Positions 31,513 to 43,950 of a stretch of 64,000 bases of DNA are shown here, in pieces. The notes beneath the pieces are model-generated. The model saw only the letters and a list, made by a program, of their open reading frames with translations, had not been told where the DNA came from and searched no databases. The stretch is from Eledone cirrhosa (taxonomy: Eukaryota): the NCBI GenBank assembly GCA_964016885.1, contig OZ024742.1:201190001-201254000 (forward strand), read 5' to 3'. The first letter of the stretch is position 1. Each line of letters begins with the position of its first letter. The position numbers and the translations under genes are program-made.

Positions 31513-34500
31513 CATCGACAATATCCGTATGACTGATGTAAAACTACCGGAAGAATTTACCAATGACCACACAGTAAATATCTATGGGAACACTTTAATC
31601 AGTGAACAAGAACAACAAATCCTACGGTTATTACCAAAATTTGCCATCTACAAAAAGATTAACCCTATGGAGTGCAAAACGGAGCTGGAAAAGTGTTTCA
31701 CAAAAATACGTTGGAATGCAAAGGTAAACAACAACAACAATAATAACGGTAGTAGTAATATAAACAATAACTCTGGGTATAGAAATAACAGCCATAACCA
31801 TAACAATGGCAGGAAAGTGAGAAATAGTGATAATGGTAATAATACTAGCGATAGACAGAACAACAACAACTAACAATAATAATAATAATAGAAACATTAA
31901 CCACATACACAGCAACAGCGACCACAGTAGTAATAACGGTAACAATACGAACAACAACAACAATAACCACAGTGGTAATAATGGAAATAGTACATGTAGC
32001 AACATCAACAAAAACAAGAAACATAATAATAGTAACAACCACAATGGTAGAAATAACAGTAACAACAACAACAATAACGGTGAAGTAAACAACAATACAT
32101 CTAGCAATCATAACAATAATAATAATGCTAATGATAGAAACAACAACAACCACCCTGATAACAACAATAGCAACACACACAACTATGACGATAGATATAA
32201 TGACAACCCCTCAGAGAAACTATTTTTCAACCCAGCTGACAAAACATATAAGATGGGTAATATCTATCCTACGAGGTTACCCTTTAATAAAAGAGTTTGC
32301 ATACCACAGCAAATAGATGACGAGACAGAGGCACAGTTCACCATAGCTAGAAATAAGATTAGACAAGAAGTAGACAGGTATACTATGAGACAGAGCAGAC
32401 CAGAGGCCCAACAACTTGGGAGGAAACCTGTAGAAGGCTTGGTTAGCCTCAAGCAGCGCACAAGGGATGGTGAGGTAGTGTGTCTACCCACAGATAAGTC
32501 TGGTAGGATGTCAATAGATAGCATGCCGAACTACATCGAGGCTATGCAACCCCACATCACCAACACGAGCGAAGTTGCACAACAAACACACGATGGGAGA
32601 GAAAAAATCCTCAACGCTCACATGATGATGTGGACTGACACACTCCCAACAACTTCCAGGCGTCTAACAATGGCATACCACCCTTGTATGGGCTCCGCAA
32701 AGACCACAAGACAGTCGACGACCCGACAACAGGACCACCAACAAGACCCGTATGCGGAGCTAATATAGCTAGCAACTACAGGATCTCCTACTTCCTCTCA
32801 ATGGTTATACGCCCCATAATGACGATGTCCCCAGATGTATGTGAAAGTACAGAGGATCTCCTCAGCAGAATCAGTGAGTGCAACAAAAACAGGAGCCTAT
32901 CCAACTGCATAATAGGCAGCATGGATGTGGTGTCACTGTACCCATCCATCAACATTGATTTTGCTGTGAAAAGATGTGTGGAGATGATCATTGAGAGTGA
33001 GGTGGAGTTCTGCGACGTCGACACAGACGAACTGGGCCTCCTACTTAGACTTACCTACGACACTGACTACCTAGACAGCCATGACCTTAGATGTTTCTGC
33101 CCTAGTAGACCTATAAGAGGTAGACCCCCCACCATAACCTCAATGGCAAAAAAGACTCCCATGGGAAGGTGGATTGGGTGGACCAAAGCTATACGGACCC
33201 CCCAAAACGATGATCAGGTAAGAAAAATGGTCGCACATGCAATAGGGGCTAGTATCAAAACTACCCTAAAGGGCCACATATTTAAGTTCAATCAGAAAAT
33301 CTACACCCAAAATGAGGGAGCAGCCATCGGCGTCAGCATAGCTGGTGATGTTGCCAACCTTTTCATGGTATGGTGGGAAAGGAGACTTAAAGATCTCCTT
33401 AATGAAAGCTCCATAGACCTCATCATGTACTCTCGTTATGTAGACGATATCAATATAGTTATAAGAACACCCCCACTAGAGAGCACTAACAAGTTTGAAT
33501 TAGAACGTAGCACGATGGAAAGCATCCAGCAGATAGCTAATTCCATACACCAGAGTATAACTGTAACTATCGACTTCCCTTCCAAACACCCTAACAATAG
33601 ACTACCTGTATTAGACACAGAACTCTGGATTAACACTATAGACTGAGAGCCCAAATTCTCCACTCACACTATGCTAAACCCATGGCCTCCAAATACCTGA
33701 TACTAAAAAACTCAGCAATGTCCAGTAGTGCTAAGTTTAATATTCTGATCGCAGATTTGGTACGAGTGATGAAGAATGTGTCCAGCATGTGCGACCCAAC
33801 AGAAATGGAAAGACACATCCAACACTTCATCAACCGCATGCAGTTCTCTGGCTACAACCAAAGAGACAGAGTCAGAATATACGAAGGAGCCATGGAAAAG
33901 TATAAGACCCTCATAGAACTGGACATGAAAGGAATTTGGCCATTATACAGGAGCAAATCATGGAATAGCTTAGATAGGGCTAGACATAAGATAGGGAAGG
34001 CCACATCATGGTACGACAACCAGAGATATCAGAGTGTCATGTTTGTGGACGCCACCCTTGGAGGGAAATTAGCTAACCAGTGTAGAAAGGCCCTGAGAGA
34101 GACCCACTTAAAAATAAAGGTGGTAGAAAAGCCAGGAACCACCATAAAATCCCTGATCAGCAAAACCTACCCCTTTAAGAAAACCCACTGTACCAATAGG
34201 AAATGTATCATATGTAAGGTGAACGCCCGGATAAACTGTAAAACTAGAAACGTAGTCTATAGCATACGATGTACAGAGGGTACTTGCAGAAACATGACAA
34301 CAACATACATAGGCGAAACAGCTCGTAGCATAAGTGAAAGGATAGACCAACACTGGGGGGAACTAAAAGGACGAAAAAACGGGTCAGTACTATACGAACA
34401 TGCTAGACAACAACATGACGGTAACATAGACAACGTAGAAATTAGAATAATATCTAAACATAGGAATGACCCAGCAGATAGGCAAATCAGAGAGGCCAGT

Positions 34501-34593
34501 GAAATAGAAATTAGAAGACCAAAGCTAAACAGCAAGAATGAGTGGAACAACAACAACACCCAAACAAACAACACTGACCTAAGAGAAGTATAA
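31511..34593 (+). pseudogene. PLE polyprotein (Asn-rich N-terminal insert, RT, C-terminal GIY-YIG) with ~3 frameshifts (~31871, ~32640, ~33645)
   Basis: LRLLPKFAIY, LPTDKSGRM, LYGLRKDHK..GPPTRPVCGA, SMDVVSLYPSI, QNEGAAIG, YSRYVDD, LPVLDTELW, CTNRKCIIC, NVVYSIRC..YIGETARSISERIDQH, RQIREA, PKLNSKNEW. Confidence 0.92.
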
Positions 34594-34860
34594 ATAAGTA
34601 AATAAAATAAAATAAAATAAGATAAATAAATAGATACACAAGCACAATAACAACAAGCACATAAACACACACTAGTCACCCAGCAGACACAACACTATAC
34701 ACACTAGTCACACAGCAAACATAACACTATACACACACGCAAACGCATGCGCAAAGAAGACAAAATAAAATAAACAAACAAGCAAATAAATAAATAAATA
34801 TATAGACAGACTGAATAAAAAAATGGCGTAGATATACAACACAACAGGAGGGAAAATATA

Positions 34861-34903
34861 ACACCACTGACGATGTTGTAGATGTGCAACGAAAGATTTA
34901 TGT
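34861..34903 (+). ncRNA. Minimal HHR-like motif in the PLE 3' region
   Basis: acacca-CTGACGA-t gttgta gatg tgcaac-GAAA-gat-TTA-tgt; stems I and III are weak. Confidence 0.6.
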
Positions 34904-35139
34904 AAATTATGTAAACTATATATATGTGTTTGTGTCTATATTGTATCTGTATTATTTTTGACCGTCGGTCAGTCAATGGCAACATTGAGGACCGATTAAG
35001 TTAGATCGCAGATATAAAAGACAGCGAGAAGCGAAAACCAACCAAACAGTGAGTGTGTTCTGTTATTAATTCTGGCAATATTACACAAATATGACCCTCC
35101 CCATATATATATATATAGAGAGAGATAAATAGATATATA

Positions 35140-35287
35140 TGCTGAAAATCATGAATGTTTGATTCTTATAGAATTCTAGTAATCATCAGGAATTTTCAAT
35201 TTATACTTGACCGGCAACCGCTCTATATAATCAGTTCCTGATTATTACTAGAATTCTATAATAATCAAACATTCAAGATTTTCAGCA
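35140..35287. repeat. Inverted repeat, ~52-bp arms
   Basis: tgctgaaaatc...catcaggaa mirrors ttcctga...gattttcagca. Confidence 0.85.
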
Positions 35288-35303
35288 AACAGGCAGAGTA
35301 CTT

Positions 35304-35348
35304 AGCTTTGATAAGCACCAAAAAGTGCGAAACAGAGGTCTGTCAGCT
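35304..35348 (+). ncRNA. Type-I hammerhead with U3-A8 variant core
   Basis: agct-TTGATAA-gcac caaaaa gtgc-GAAA-caga gg tct-GTC-agct; all three stems pair. Confidence 0.8.
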
Positions 35349-35505
35349 TTATCTCCCCTGTATGCTGAAAATTAAAGTAAGAGAGACTGTCACTACTCTA
35401 AAACAATAGCGTAAGGTCTTCGAAATGCTTTTAATTAAGCATACAGTGTATTGCAAAATACACTATATATACATTCATATATATATCGCTATTTCAGAGC
35501 ACCAA

Positions 35506-35623
<118 letters not shown>

Positions 35624-35849
35624 CATATATACATATATATATATGTGTGTGTGTGTGTAAATGTATATAAGAATATATGTGAGTATACATATATACACAC
35701 AAGCATACATATTCTGTGTATTTTCTTTCTTACTTTGTCCGAGCATAATGTAACCTAATCTCTATTATTTTTCATACCTCCTCCCCCTCCCCATGTAATG
35801 CTCTGGGATAAAAGACGAAACATTACGTTTAGCATTCTATGTTAATCAT

Positions 35850-37945
35850 GATTGAGTGGCATTCAATGCACAAAAAACAAAGACAGCCAGCATATTTATT
35901 TACTAAAAAGTTATCAAAGAAGGCGACGTTAGCAAAAATATAGTTACATCAGACCCAGTGTGCACATATCCGAATCTTACAAACTAAGCAACAGAAAAGG
36001 TTAGTTAGATTTGTGAAACTGACGTTTGGCTTTCAAGATATCATCAATGTTTGGTTTGGAATTGCTGCATCCAATCAAGAGAATTGCTTTCAAATGTTCA
36101 TCAGTCAATCTCGTTCGATGTGTTGACTTCACATACTTCATTTTTGAAAATGTTTGCTCACAGATATAAGTTGTTCCAAACAATGATGCCATACCAGCGG
36201 CAAATTTCTTCAATTTCGGAAACTCAGCATCAGGTAAGAAGCGGTAAAATTCAACAAATTTTCCTTCTCTGTGCTTCTCTTTCAACACGTCATTTGCTTG
36301 CAAATCAATGAGCTCCAACTGGCACATCATCAAGGTTACAATCAAACGGATTCTGGAACAGAAGAATGTCACTCTCAATTCTGTCGAGATCTGAAAATCT
36401 CTCCCCAAAAATGCTTCTTCAAGTCACGAATAATCATTTTAGGAAAATTGAGGTTGACATCTTCAGCAATTGTAGGCAAAACTCTTTGAAACAGTGAAAA
36501 TGAGAGAAGTTTTCTCCTTCCAGTTGTGCTTCAAACAATGACAGCTTTCTCCGAAATCCTTTGATGATTCTGTAGAGATCACAGACGAGGTTATCCTTTC
36601 CCTGAAGTTTCAAGTTCAGTTCATTCATGTGGGATGTGATGTCGACCAAAAATGTCAACTTTGACAGCCAGGTAGGATCTGACAGCTGCGGATCAGCCCC
36701 ATCTTTTTCAGTGAGAAAAACATCTATTTCGTTTCGGAGCTTGTAAAAACGAAACAGGATTTTACCGCAGCTGAGCCACCTCACTGCTGTGTGATAAGGC
36801 AAGTCACAGAAATCAGAATCAATTTCTTCAAGAAAAGCCTGGAGCTGACGGTGATTGAGTGCATGTTCCCGAATGAAGTTCACAGCAGAAACGACTGGTT
36901 TCAGTACACAATAAATATCCAAGTCTTTCCCACAGAGTGCTTGCTGTGGTATGATGCAGTGTATGAACAGAGCGCCCGGAATTTGCAAATCTTCCAACTG
37001 AGTCCTGATCTGTCCGACCAGACCCTTCCCCACTCCAGCCATGTTTTTTCCTCCATCAACTGTAACACCTCGAAGCTGATTCCACTGAAAGTTTTTTGCA
37101 CTTCCATGAAAATGTCTTTTCCAGTTGTTGTTCCATGCATGCAGCAAACGGATGCCAACTCTTCCGTTATCTGAAAGTCCAAATTGACACCACGAATGAA
37201 CACGAGAAGTTGTGACGTACTCGAGAGATCAGTAGACTCATCCAGCGCCAGAGAATACCACAACAAGTTCCTAGCTTTCTCCCGTATCTGTAGCACTATG
37301 TTCTCTCCAAGTTCTTCTGTTCTCCGCACAACTGAACTTGCCGAAAGGCTGATACATCCAAACAAATCGGCTTTCTCAGGACACAGTCATTTGCTGCTTC
37401 CATCATACACTCTTTGATGAAGTTGCCATCAGTAAACGGTTTTCCTTGCTCTGCCAATTTATGCACTATTTTGTAACTTGTACGAGTGACAGATTCATTT
37501 TCAGCAAACTTTCTCGTGAAGAGATTTCTCTGAGTTTCTAAACCACGTTTCATGGACTCATATTTCTCAGAGCGTAACTTTCCAGAAAACTTTGAATATG
37601 TTGATAGATGTTTTGTTTTATAGTGACGCGGAAGATTGTACTCTTTCAAAACGGCAACACTTTCGCTGCATACCACGCAACTAACTTTCTGGTCCTTTGT
37701 TTCCACAAAGAAGTACTTTACTCCCCATTCTTCATTGAAAACGCGACACTCGGCGTCCACTTTTCTTTTCTTAGTAGCCATAATAAAGGGTAAAGAAAAC
37801 GGATCTGAAAATGAAAAAGACATTGAATTAGAAACATCTCGTGTTCCATCCGTTTTATCACGCAAATGCAAGTACCGTCGGCGGGCCTGATGAACTGACG
37901 TCGCGGGCCGGATCCGGCCCGCGGGCCGTAGTTTGGTTACCTCTG
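35850..37945 (-). mobile_element. hAT DNA transposon (SPIN/Charlie/Buster-type); 5' TIR present, 3' TIR not found
   Basis: 5' end cagaggtaaccaaactacggcccgcgggccggatccggccc; transposase downstream. Confidence 0.9.
36001..37781 (-). pseudogene. hAT transposase (GTF2IRD2/EPM2AIP1-like), frameshifted
   Basis: MATKKRKVDAECRVFNEEW..CVVC..KEYNLPRHY, YSLALDESTD, VTVDGGKNMAG, HCIIPQQALC, VRWLS, LNLKLQG, FGTTYICEQTFSKMK..RTRLTD. Confidence 0.92.
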
Positions 37946-38815
37946 AATTAGACTCATTTCTTACCACTATACAATATAAGTAGGAGTTTTTCTATGAAGT
38001 AAACTAGGGGCTGCAAGAAGTTTAAGCAATAGAAAGACTATATTTCCACCGATGAGACCTACGAAACCAGAATCAGGTACAGTTGTATCCCTTAATCATT
38101 TGGTCAAAGAAATTATTTGCTAGAGCCCAAGTGTATATTTTTCTTATCATCATACTTTATATGCTATAGTTATTTCTCGTGTGAGAAACATTTCAAATAA
38201 TGAGACATTTCTTTTTACTTGTATGTGTGTATGAGTTTCACTATTTAAAAAGAGACAAGCACATCTAGGATGCCGTCCCTTATAGACAACGTAGATGAAA
38301 GAAGATAAATTAGTATTATATATTTTAACCCTAAAAATATAAAAAGCGATTAACACAATATACAATTCAGAATTTCTCATCCCCAAAGGAGTATACTCTG
38401 AACCAATGTCATGTATGATATTTTCTGTGAAGTGTACAACATTTCGTTACCAGGAATTTTGATAATTTTATTAGATATGTTTTAGTTCATCCACGTGTCA
38501 CCTGTCTTTATATTTAAATAAGTAAAAAAAAATGTACATTTTCAGCTGGCTGAATGTCGATTTTATCATTCTTGTATCAGATGATTTCCGAAATGTCTGC
38601 ATTTATGAAGACTTCTGATCATGTCTTTCCATCTAAATGCGATTTAAACATCAGATCAGAAATATTCCGGAAAGTCAGACGCTTCAAACGATGCTTATTA
38701 TGCAATTAGAAAATTTCTCCTTGGGCATTAATGCACGGACAACAGATATTTCTCTGATTGTCAATAAAATGTTTAGTGCCATTCAATATTATAAAAGACG
38801 AAATAGGAATTAATT

Positions 38816-40100
38816 ATAGTGGATGACAAAATGAAAAAAGGTTTTTAACAAGAGAAAATTATGGTGACTTTTAGCTACTTTTCAGGTGTTGTTTCTGAAT
38901 ATGAAATATATTCTGTTCCATCTCAATCTTCTAGACTTTGATCTACAAGATACGTCCTATATACCAAATTAACAGAAATGTAATATACCATACATGCCCT
39001 CAAGTGTTCCTATTTGTCTTTTAAGTTAAATGTTTTGCTCCACATATTGTATACAAAGGTTCCAGTGAACGTCTTTCCTTGTGGTTAAGTAGTAAGCTGA
39101 AGCAAATGCTATGTATCACTCCAATGGCATAGTGATAACAAAGCAACCATTCTACTATTGCTACTTTTGAATTTCTAATGCTGAGGGTTTCAATAAGACA
39201 ACTGCAAAGTATATCAAGTACCCTACTTTGTCATCTGCTATTAGACCACAGCCATACGAAGTTGAAATTCCTCCTGTGCCAAGCAGTCGGTCATTTTGAA
39301 ATTCCTTATTCATGCCTTATATTATGTCAAGAACAACTGGATCATTTTATTTGAAAATTGTGACTTTCTATGAAAGATGCCTACCTGACTGAAACAATGC
39401 TTGGAAAATTTAGTGTCTTAGTCTAAGGAACCAAAACAACAGTGTATAGGAACAGGGATAAACACATGCCCAACGCACTGCTTGCAGCGCATGAGGGGAT
39501 GCACGCATGCATTCAGAGGAACAGAGAGAAAACATTTGTTGAATCTTTCGACGCACATGATAACCTGGCTTTGGTTTATAGCAAGAATAATGGTTTGATT
39601 CATTCGATACACAGGGTGTCAGAATGTCCTCAAAGACTCACTTTTTAAAGATTCATTTGGATTTCTTTCTTTTGGAATTAGGGAAGAGCAGTGATGATGC
39701 ATGGTAAAATATTTCATCAAACAATTACTACTATTGAAACAAGGTACCAAAGGCGAACCGATCCCCTCATGACGGTGGACCTTTTCTGGCTTTACTCATC
39801 TTGAACTCCATGCTACTGAATTTGATATTGAAATCAACGCTGTAACGTTTTTGTGGCAAATTCCTTTCTAAGTGTATATTGTTTTTTTTTTTTTTTACAG
39901 TGATTAATTATTGTTTAGTATATTGATAGACTTCATTCAATGTTCACAAGATAAGACAATTTTTCCTTAAATGTTGTATATCATGTAGATAAAAATGTAG
40001 ATGGTGTAAAGAAAAACATATTTCATATTAACATAGAGTAACCTAAAATTAACTAATATCACTTAATGTAGTGTTTACTAAAAAATAGTATCATGCAGTG
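38816..40100 (+). mobile_element. Decayed Chapaev3-like (CMC) DNA transposon
   Basis: IKYPTLSSAIRP and GCRMSSKTHFLKIHLDFF..LG..SD..G..FHQTITTIETRYQ motifs; degenerate inverted ends terminating ...gcagtg. Confidence 0.6.
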
Positions 40101-40559
40101 TTATAAAAAGGGACTGACAGTTTATATAAGGAAACATACACATACCACAAAAGATAAGAAGGAATGGTTAACACTTGAAGATTTTTTACTATAGTTCTGC
40201 TCGCTCAACAAAACAACTGTAACAACAACATTGTTTCCGCGTTTTAGTATGCGTGGAGATTTACTCTGTAAGTTATTTCCATGCGATTAACGAAGACTTT
40301 CATTCAATAGACAAGACTGGTTAAAAATTCTGGCATAATATAGATTTCTATAATCGTATTTAGCTTGTATAGATTTAGGATGAACTATTGTTTATTGCCA
40401 GAGAAGGGGGACGAAACACGAGAGTGTAAGAGAAACAAAGGGAGGAAAAGAGAGAAACACAGATACTGAAAGACAAATGGATTGAAAGAGTATGACGGAA
40501 TAAGACAAATAATACTCTGTAAATATCTATTAATTTTTGATTAAGCAAATTACAAGATA

Positions 40560-40780
40560 TCCCCCACTCAAACACATGGCTGACTGAAAACACACATGCA
40601 TTTTCTAAAAAAAATGTTGTTTTCAATTTCTTCCTTTTCTCACATTTCATTTCTTCTTTTATTCCTCAATCTATCTTCTGATGAAGGACTAGCGTCGTAA
40701 ACGGTATGACACTTTCCTTCTATAACAAGCATTAAATTAATTTTTATTATACTTTGTTTACTTTGTTGTTTTCCGTTTAG

Positions 40781-40785
<5 letters not shown>
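40560..40785 (+). mobile_element. Diverged solo pLTR fragment of the 11.8-15.7 kb PLE family with a degenerate HHR
   Basis: cttctgatgaaggactagcgtcgtaaacggtatgac at ~40675-40710; flanks similar to 13880-14150. Confidence 0.6.
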
Positions 40786-40821
<36 letters not shown>

Positions 40822-41149
40822 TGTGTGTGTGTGTGTGTGTTCAACCATTAATCCTCACACAAGCACAATTTGCTGAATTATCTTGTTCCTGCTTCCGGAA
40901 TATGCATGTTACAAAAAGTTTTTATTTTATAATTCTATAAGAAATGATAAAAAAGTCTTTGATGAATTCTCAATATTTCGTCCTGCTGATAATAAATTAA
41001 TGGAAAATGGCTAGATGTATGTTAATACTACAGGAATAAATATAAAAATAAAAGGAATATTACAAGAAACAAACAAAAAAAAAACATAATAAACAAAAAA
41101 AAAAGAAAGTAAATAAAAAACGTAAAAGATATAATTTGAATTTGGATAA

Positions 41150-41245
41150 ATATACAGTGGAACAATAGATATGGTTGTCATGGTATTCTTGAGAGCATTG
41201 ACATTTCAGTAAGTTCTTTCCACTGCAAAAGACATGGAAATAATT
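41150..41245. repeat. Short interspersed repeat, also at 53375-53465
   Basis: cagtggaacaata..atggttgtcat..ggtattcttga..gc.ttgacatttcagt.agttct shared. Confidence 0.7.
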
Positions 41246-41279
41246 ACAAAAGATGAAGCTAAAAGTCTGTATTATTTTG

Positions 41280-41660
41280 TGGGGTGGATTGGCAGTATCG
41301 GTAGAGGGTGGGACGCTATACTTTGCAGCATAGAGTTATGGTCCTACACGTTCTGAGTTCAAATTCCGCTGAGGTTAGCTTTGCCTTTCATCCTTACGGG
41401 GTCGACAAAATGAAGCACCAGTAATGCACTGGGGTCAATTTAATCGACCCCCCTCCAAATCCTTGGCCTTGTGCCTAATACACAAACCATGATTATTATT
41501 AACGTAGATTTTTCTATTATATGGATGTATGTGTCCATGTCCGAGTTCAAATCCTGCCGATTTTAACTTTGCATTTCATACTATTGGCGTCGATAAAATA
41601 AAGTACCAGTAATGCACTGGATAATTGCTGGCCTTGTGCCAAATGTAGAAACAATTATTT
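41280..41660 (+). mobile_element. Two Nin/Deu-type tRNA SINE copies
   Basis: gagttcaaat...gcctttcatccttacggggtcgacaaaatgaagcaccag motif, twice. Confidence 0.75.
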
Positions 41661-41798
41661 TAAGACAATTCCGGTTTAAAAATGCAGAGATGTTACTATC
41701 TGGTTACTTAGACAAATGTATTTCTCTCTCTAAATCTCTATCGATCTATATCTATATATTTATCTCCACACACACACACACACATACACACACACACA

Positions 41799-41833
<35 letters not shown>

Positions 41834-41884
41834 GCAAGTGGCTTTTCGACTTACACCAATACAAAGGATATATGTATATAATAA

Positions 41885-42116
41885 TGTAGGGAGAAATATG
41901 ATAATAGTACCACTGATGATGTTGCAGATGTGGAACGAAAGAACTTTGTTAGACTATATATATGTATTTATATATGTATTTTTATGAGTCAGTGATAAAT
42001 ATTGATGGCCAAATGAATTAACTATGGAGATATAAAAGCTGCAGAAGCAGAAACCAACCAAACAGTGAATGTGTTCTGTTGTTATTTCTGGCAATATGAC
42101 CCTCCCCAAATATAAC

Positions 42117-42120
<4 letters not shown>
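41885..42120 (+). mobile_element. Diverged pLTR-family copy with HHR-like motif (41909-41950)
   Basis: accactgatgatgttgcagatgtggaacgaaagaactttg; ends aatatgaccctccccaaatataacaa. Confidence 0.65.
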
Positions 42121-42192
<72 letters not shown>

Positions 42193-42599
42193 TGAGGAAA
42201 TTAACAAAAAGAGGACAAGACACCGAATGGAAACAAAACAAATCGAAAAGTTATTTTTTTAAAAATAAAAATACAAACGAAGGACAGAACTCCAGGGTCT
42301 GGAGTGGTTGAGGTGGACTTGGGCAGTTTCGACACCTACCAACGGGGTCACAGTGTCTGACATGAGCCAAACTCTGTCCAGTGGAGTAAGAAACGAGAAA
42401 CAAAACATTAACTTAGAGCAATTAAGCAGCAAAACATACACTTTTGTGTGACGACAGGGAAAAAAAGTGTGGTCCCTCGTAGTACGAGAAACATGAAAGA
42501 AACATAGAAAAAGAAAGGAAGAAAAACAGCAAGAAGAAGAAAGGAAGATATCGTATAAAAAAATGTAAGCTATTGCAATATATATATATGTCTATAGTC

Positions 42600-42870
42600 T
42601 GTCTTAAGCCAGAAGGCTCATTTGGCCGGTGCTTATCCCGGTTTCATGGCGTGAAGCGACTGAGAGTACACGACTCCCCCCCTAGACAGGATGCCAGTCC
42701 ATCGCAGGGTTAAACCTCCAGTTATTGCTGTCACTCATTTTCAGCTGAGTAAACTGGAGCACGTGAAATAAAGTGTCTTGCTCAAGGAAACAACACCCTG
42801 TCCGAGAATTGAACTCACAACCTTACGATTGAAAGCCTAATGCTCTAACCACTAAGCCATGCGCCTTCAC
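42600..42870 (-). mobile_element. Full-length tRNA-derived SINE
   Basis: Reverse complement ggcgcatggcttagtggttagagc...gagttcaattctc (A/B boxes), CORE/Meta-like body; homologue at 62336. Confidence 0.8.
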
Positions 42871-42886
42871 ACAGACACAGACATAG

Positions 42887-42919
<33 letters not shown>

Positions 42920-43017
42920 GCTTGGTCTAATTGATTTTTTATGTGGTTCATTATGCTAATTGGGGGAGGAAATGGTGTATATATATTATCAAATGATTCT
43001 ATGGACATATTTTATAG

Positions 43018-43115
<98 letters not shown>

Positions 43116-43950
43116 ATAAGTTTATCCCGGGATCAATCGGTGTTAACCACAATAAGGTACTCAATGAATGAAACAATTCTAGTCCTATAGAAGACAAAGT
43201 CATTTCTATTTTATATATATATATATATATGTGATAGCAAGTTATCGTTATAGGTAATCCAGTTATAAGTTGTGAGCACTCTGTATTGTGGATAGTTTTA
43301 ACGTACGGCGTTGTTTGACTCAACAAGATGTTTCCTTAGTTAGGTGGTGAGTTCCCGGTAATTTCTATGCTGGTTAATCTTGGAATAATAATAGTGAAAG
43401 AGTTATGAATAACATGGTCAACTACAAAAACCGTTTTATTTACAGTATTAACAATTATTTCATTGATTAGGATATGTAAAGGTTGCTAATCACTCGATGT
43501 TGTGTCACTCAACCTTAAATACAGTGTATGCCTAATCAAATCATCGGAATAACTGACATAATTACACTCGGTGATTGTATTTATACTACGGAGAATTGAA
43601 ATAACAATTTCCATAATAAAGAAGAAAAAAAAAAGAAAAAGAAAGAAAGAAAAAATAAATAAAAAAGAAAAAGAAAAAGAAAAAGAAAAAGAAAAAGAAA
43701 AAGAAAAAATAATAATAAAGAAGTTAGAATGAAGATTAAAAATAAGTAAAAAATATATACGTGAACAAATATATGAACATAATATGATTGTTGAAAATAG
43801 TGGTGGTGGTGCTGGTTAAAGTTATAGTGGTGTATAAATATAAAGATGTGATGAACGTAGTAATATTATTAGTATGAAAATAAATATTAAATATATACAT
43901 ATGTATTGGTTAAATCACACACACACACATCTATTATATATATGTATATC

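Larger units (their letters stand above)
31511..35103 (+). mobile_element. Penelope-like retroelement, near full length, with a 3' pLTR carrying an HHR-like motif
   Basis: RT and GIY-YIG motifs; 34800-35103 is homologous to the inverted repeat at 55420-55926; flanked by (AT)n. Confidence 0.9.

Noticed and set aside
33640-33685. TGA in the PLE ORF as possible selenocysteine or readthrough
   Set aside because: The downstream conserved sequence (ILHSHYAKPMAS) is in a different frame, so this is a frameshift, not an in-frame UGA
42800-42870. tRNA gene
   Set aside because: A/B boxes belong to a SINE head followed by a SINE body; no complete cloverleaf
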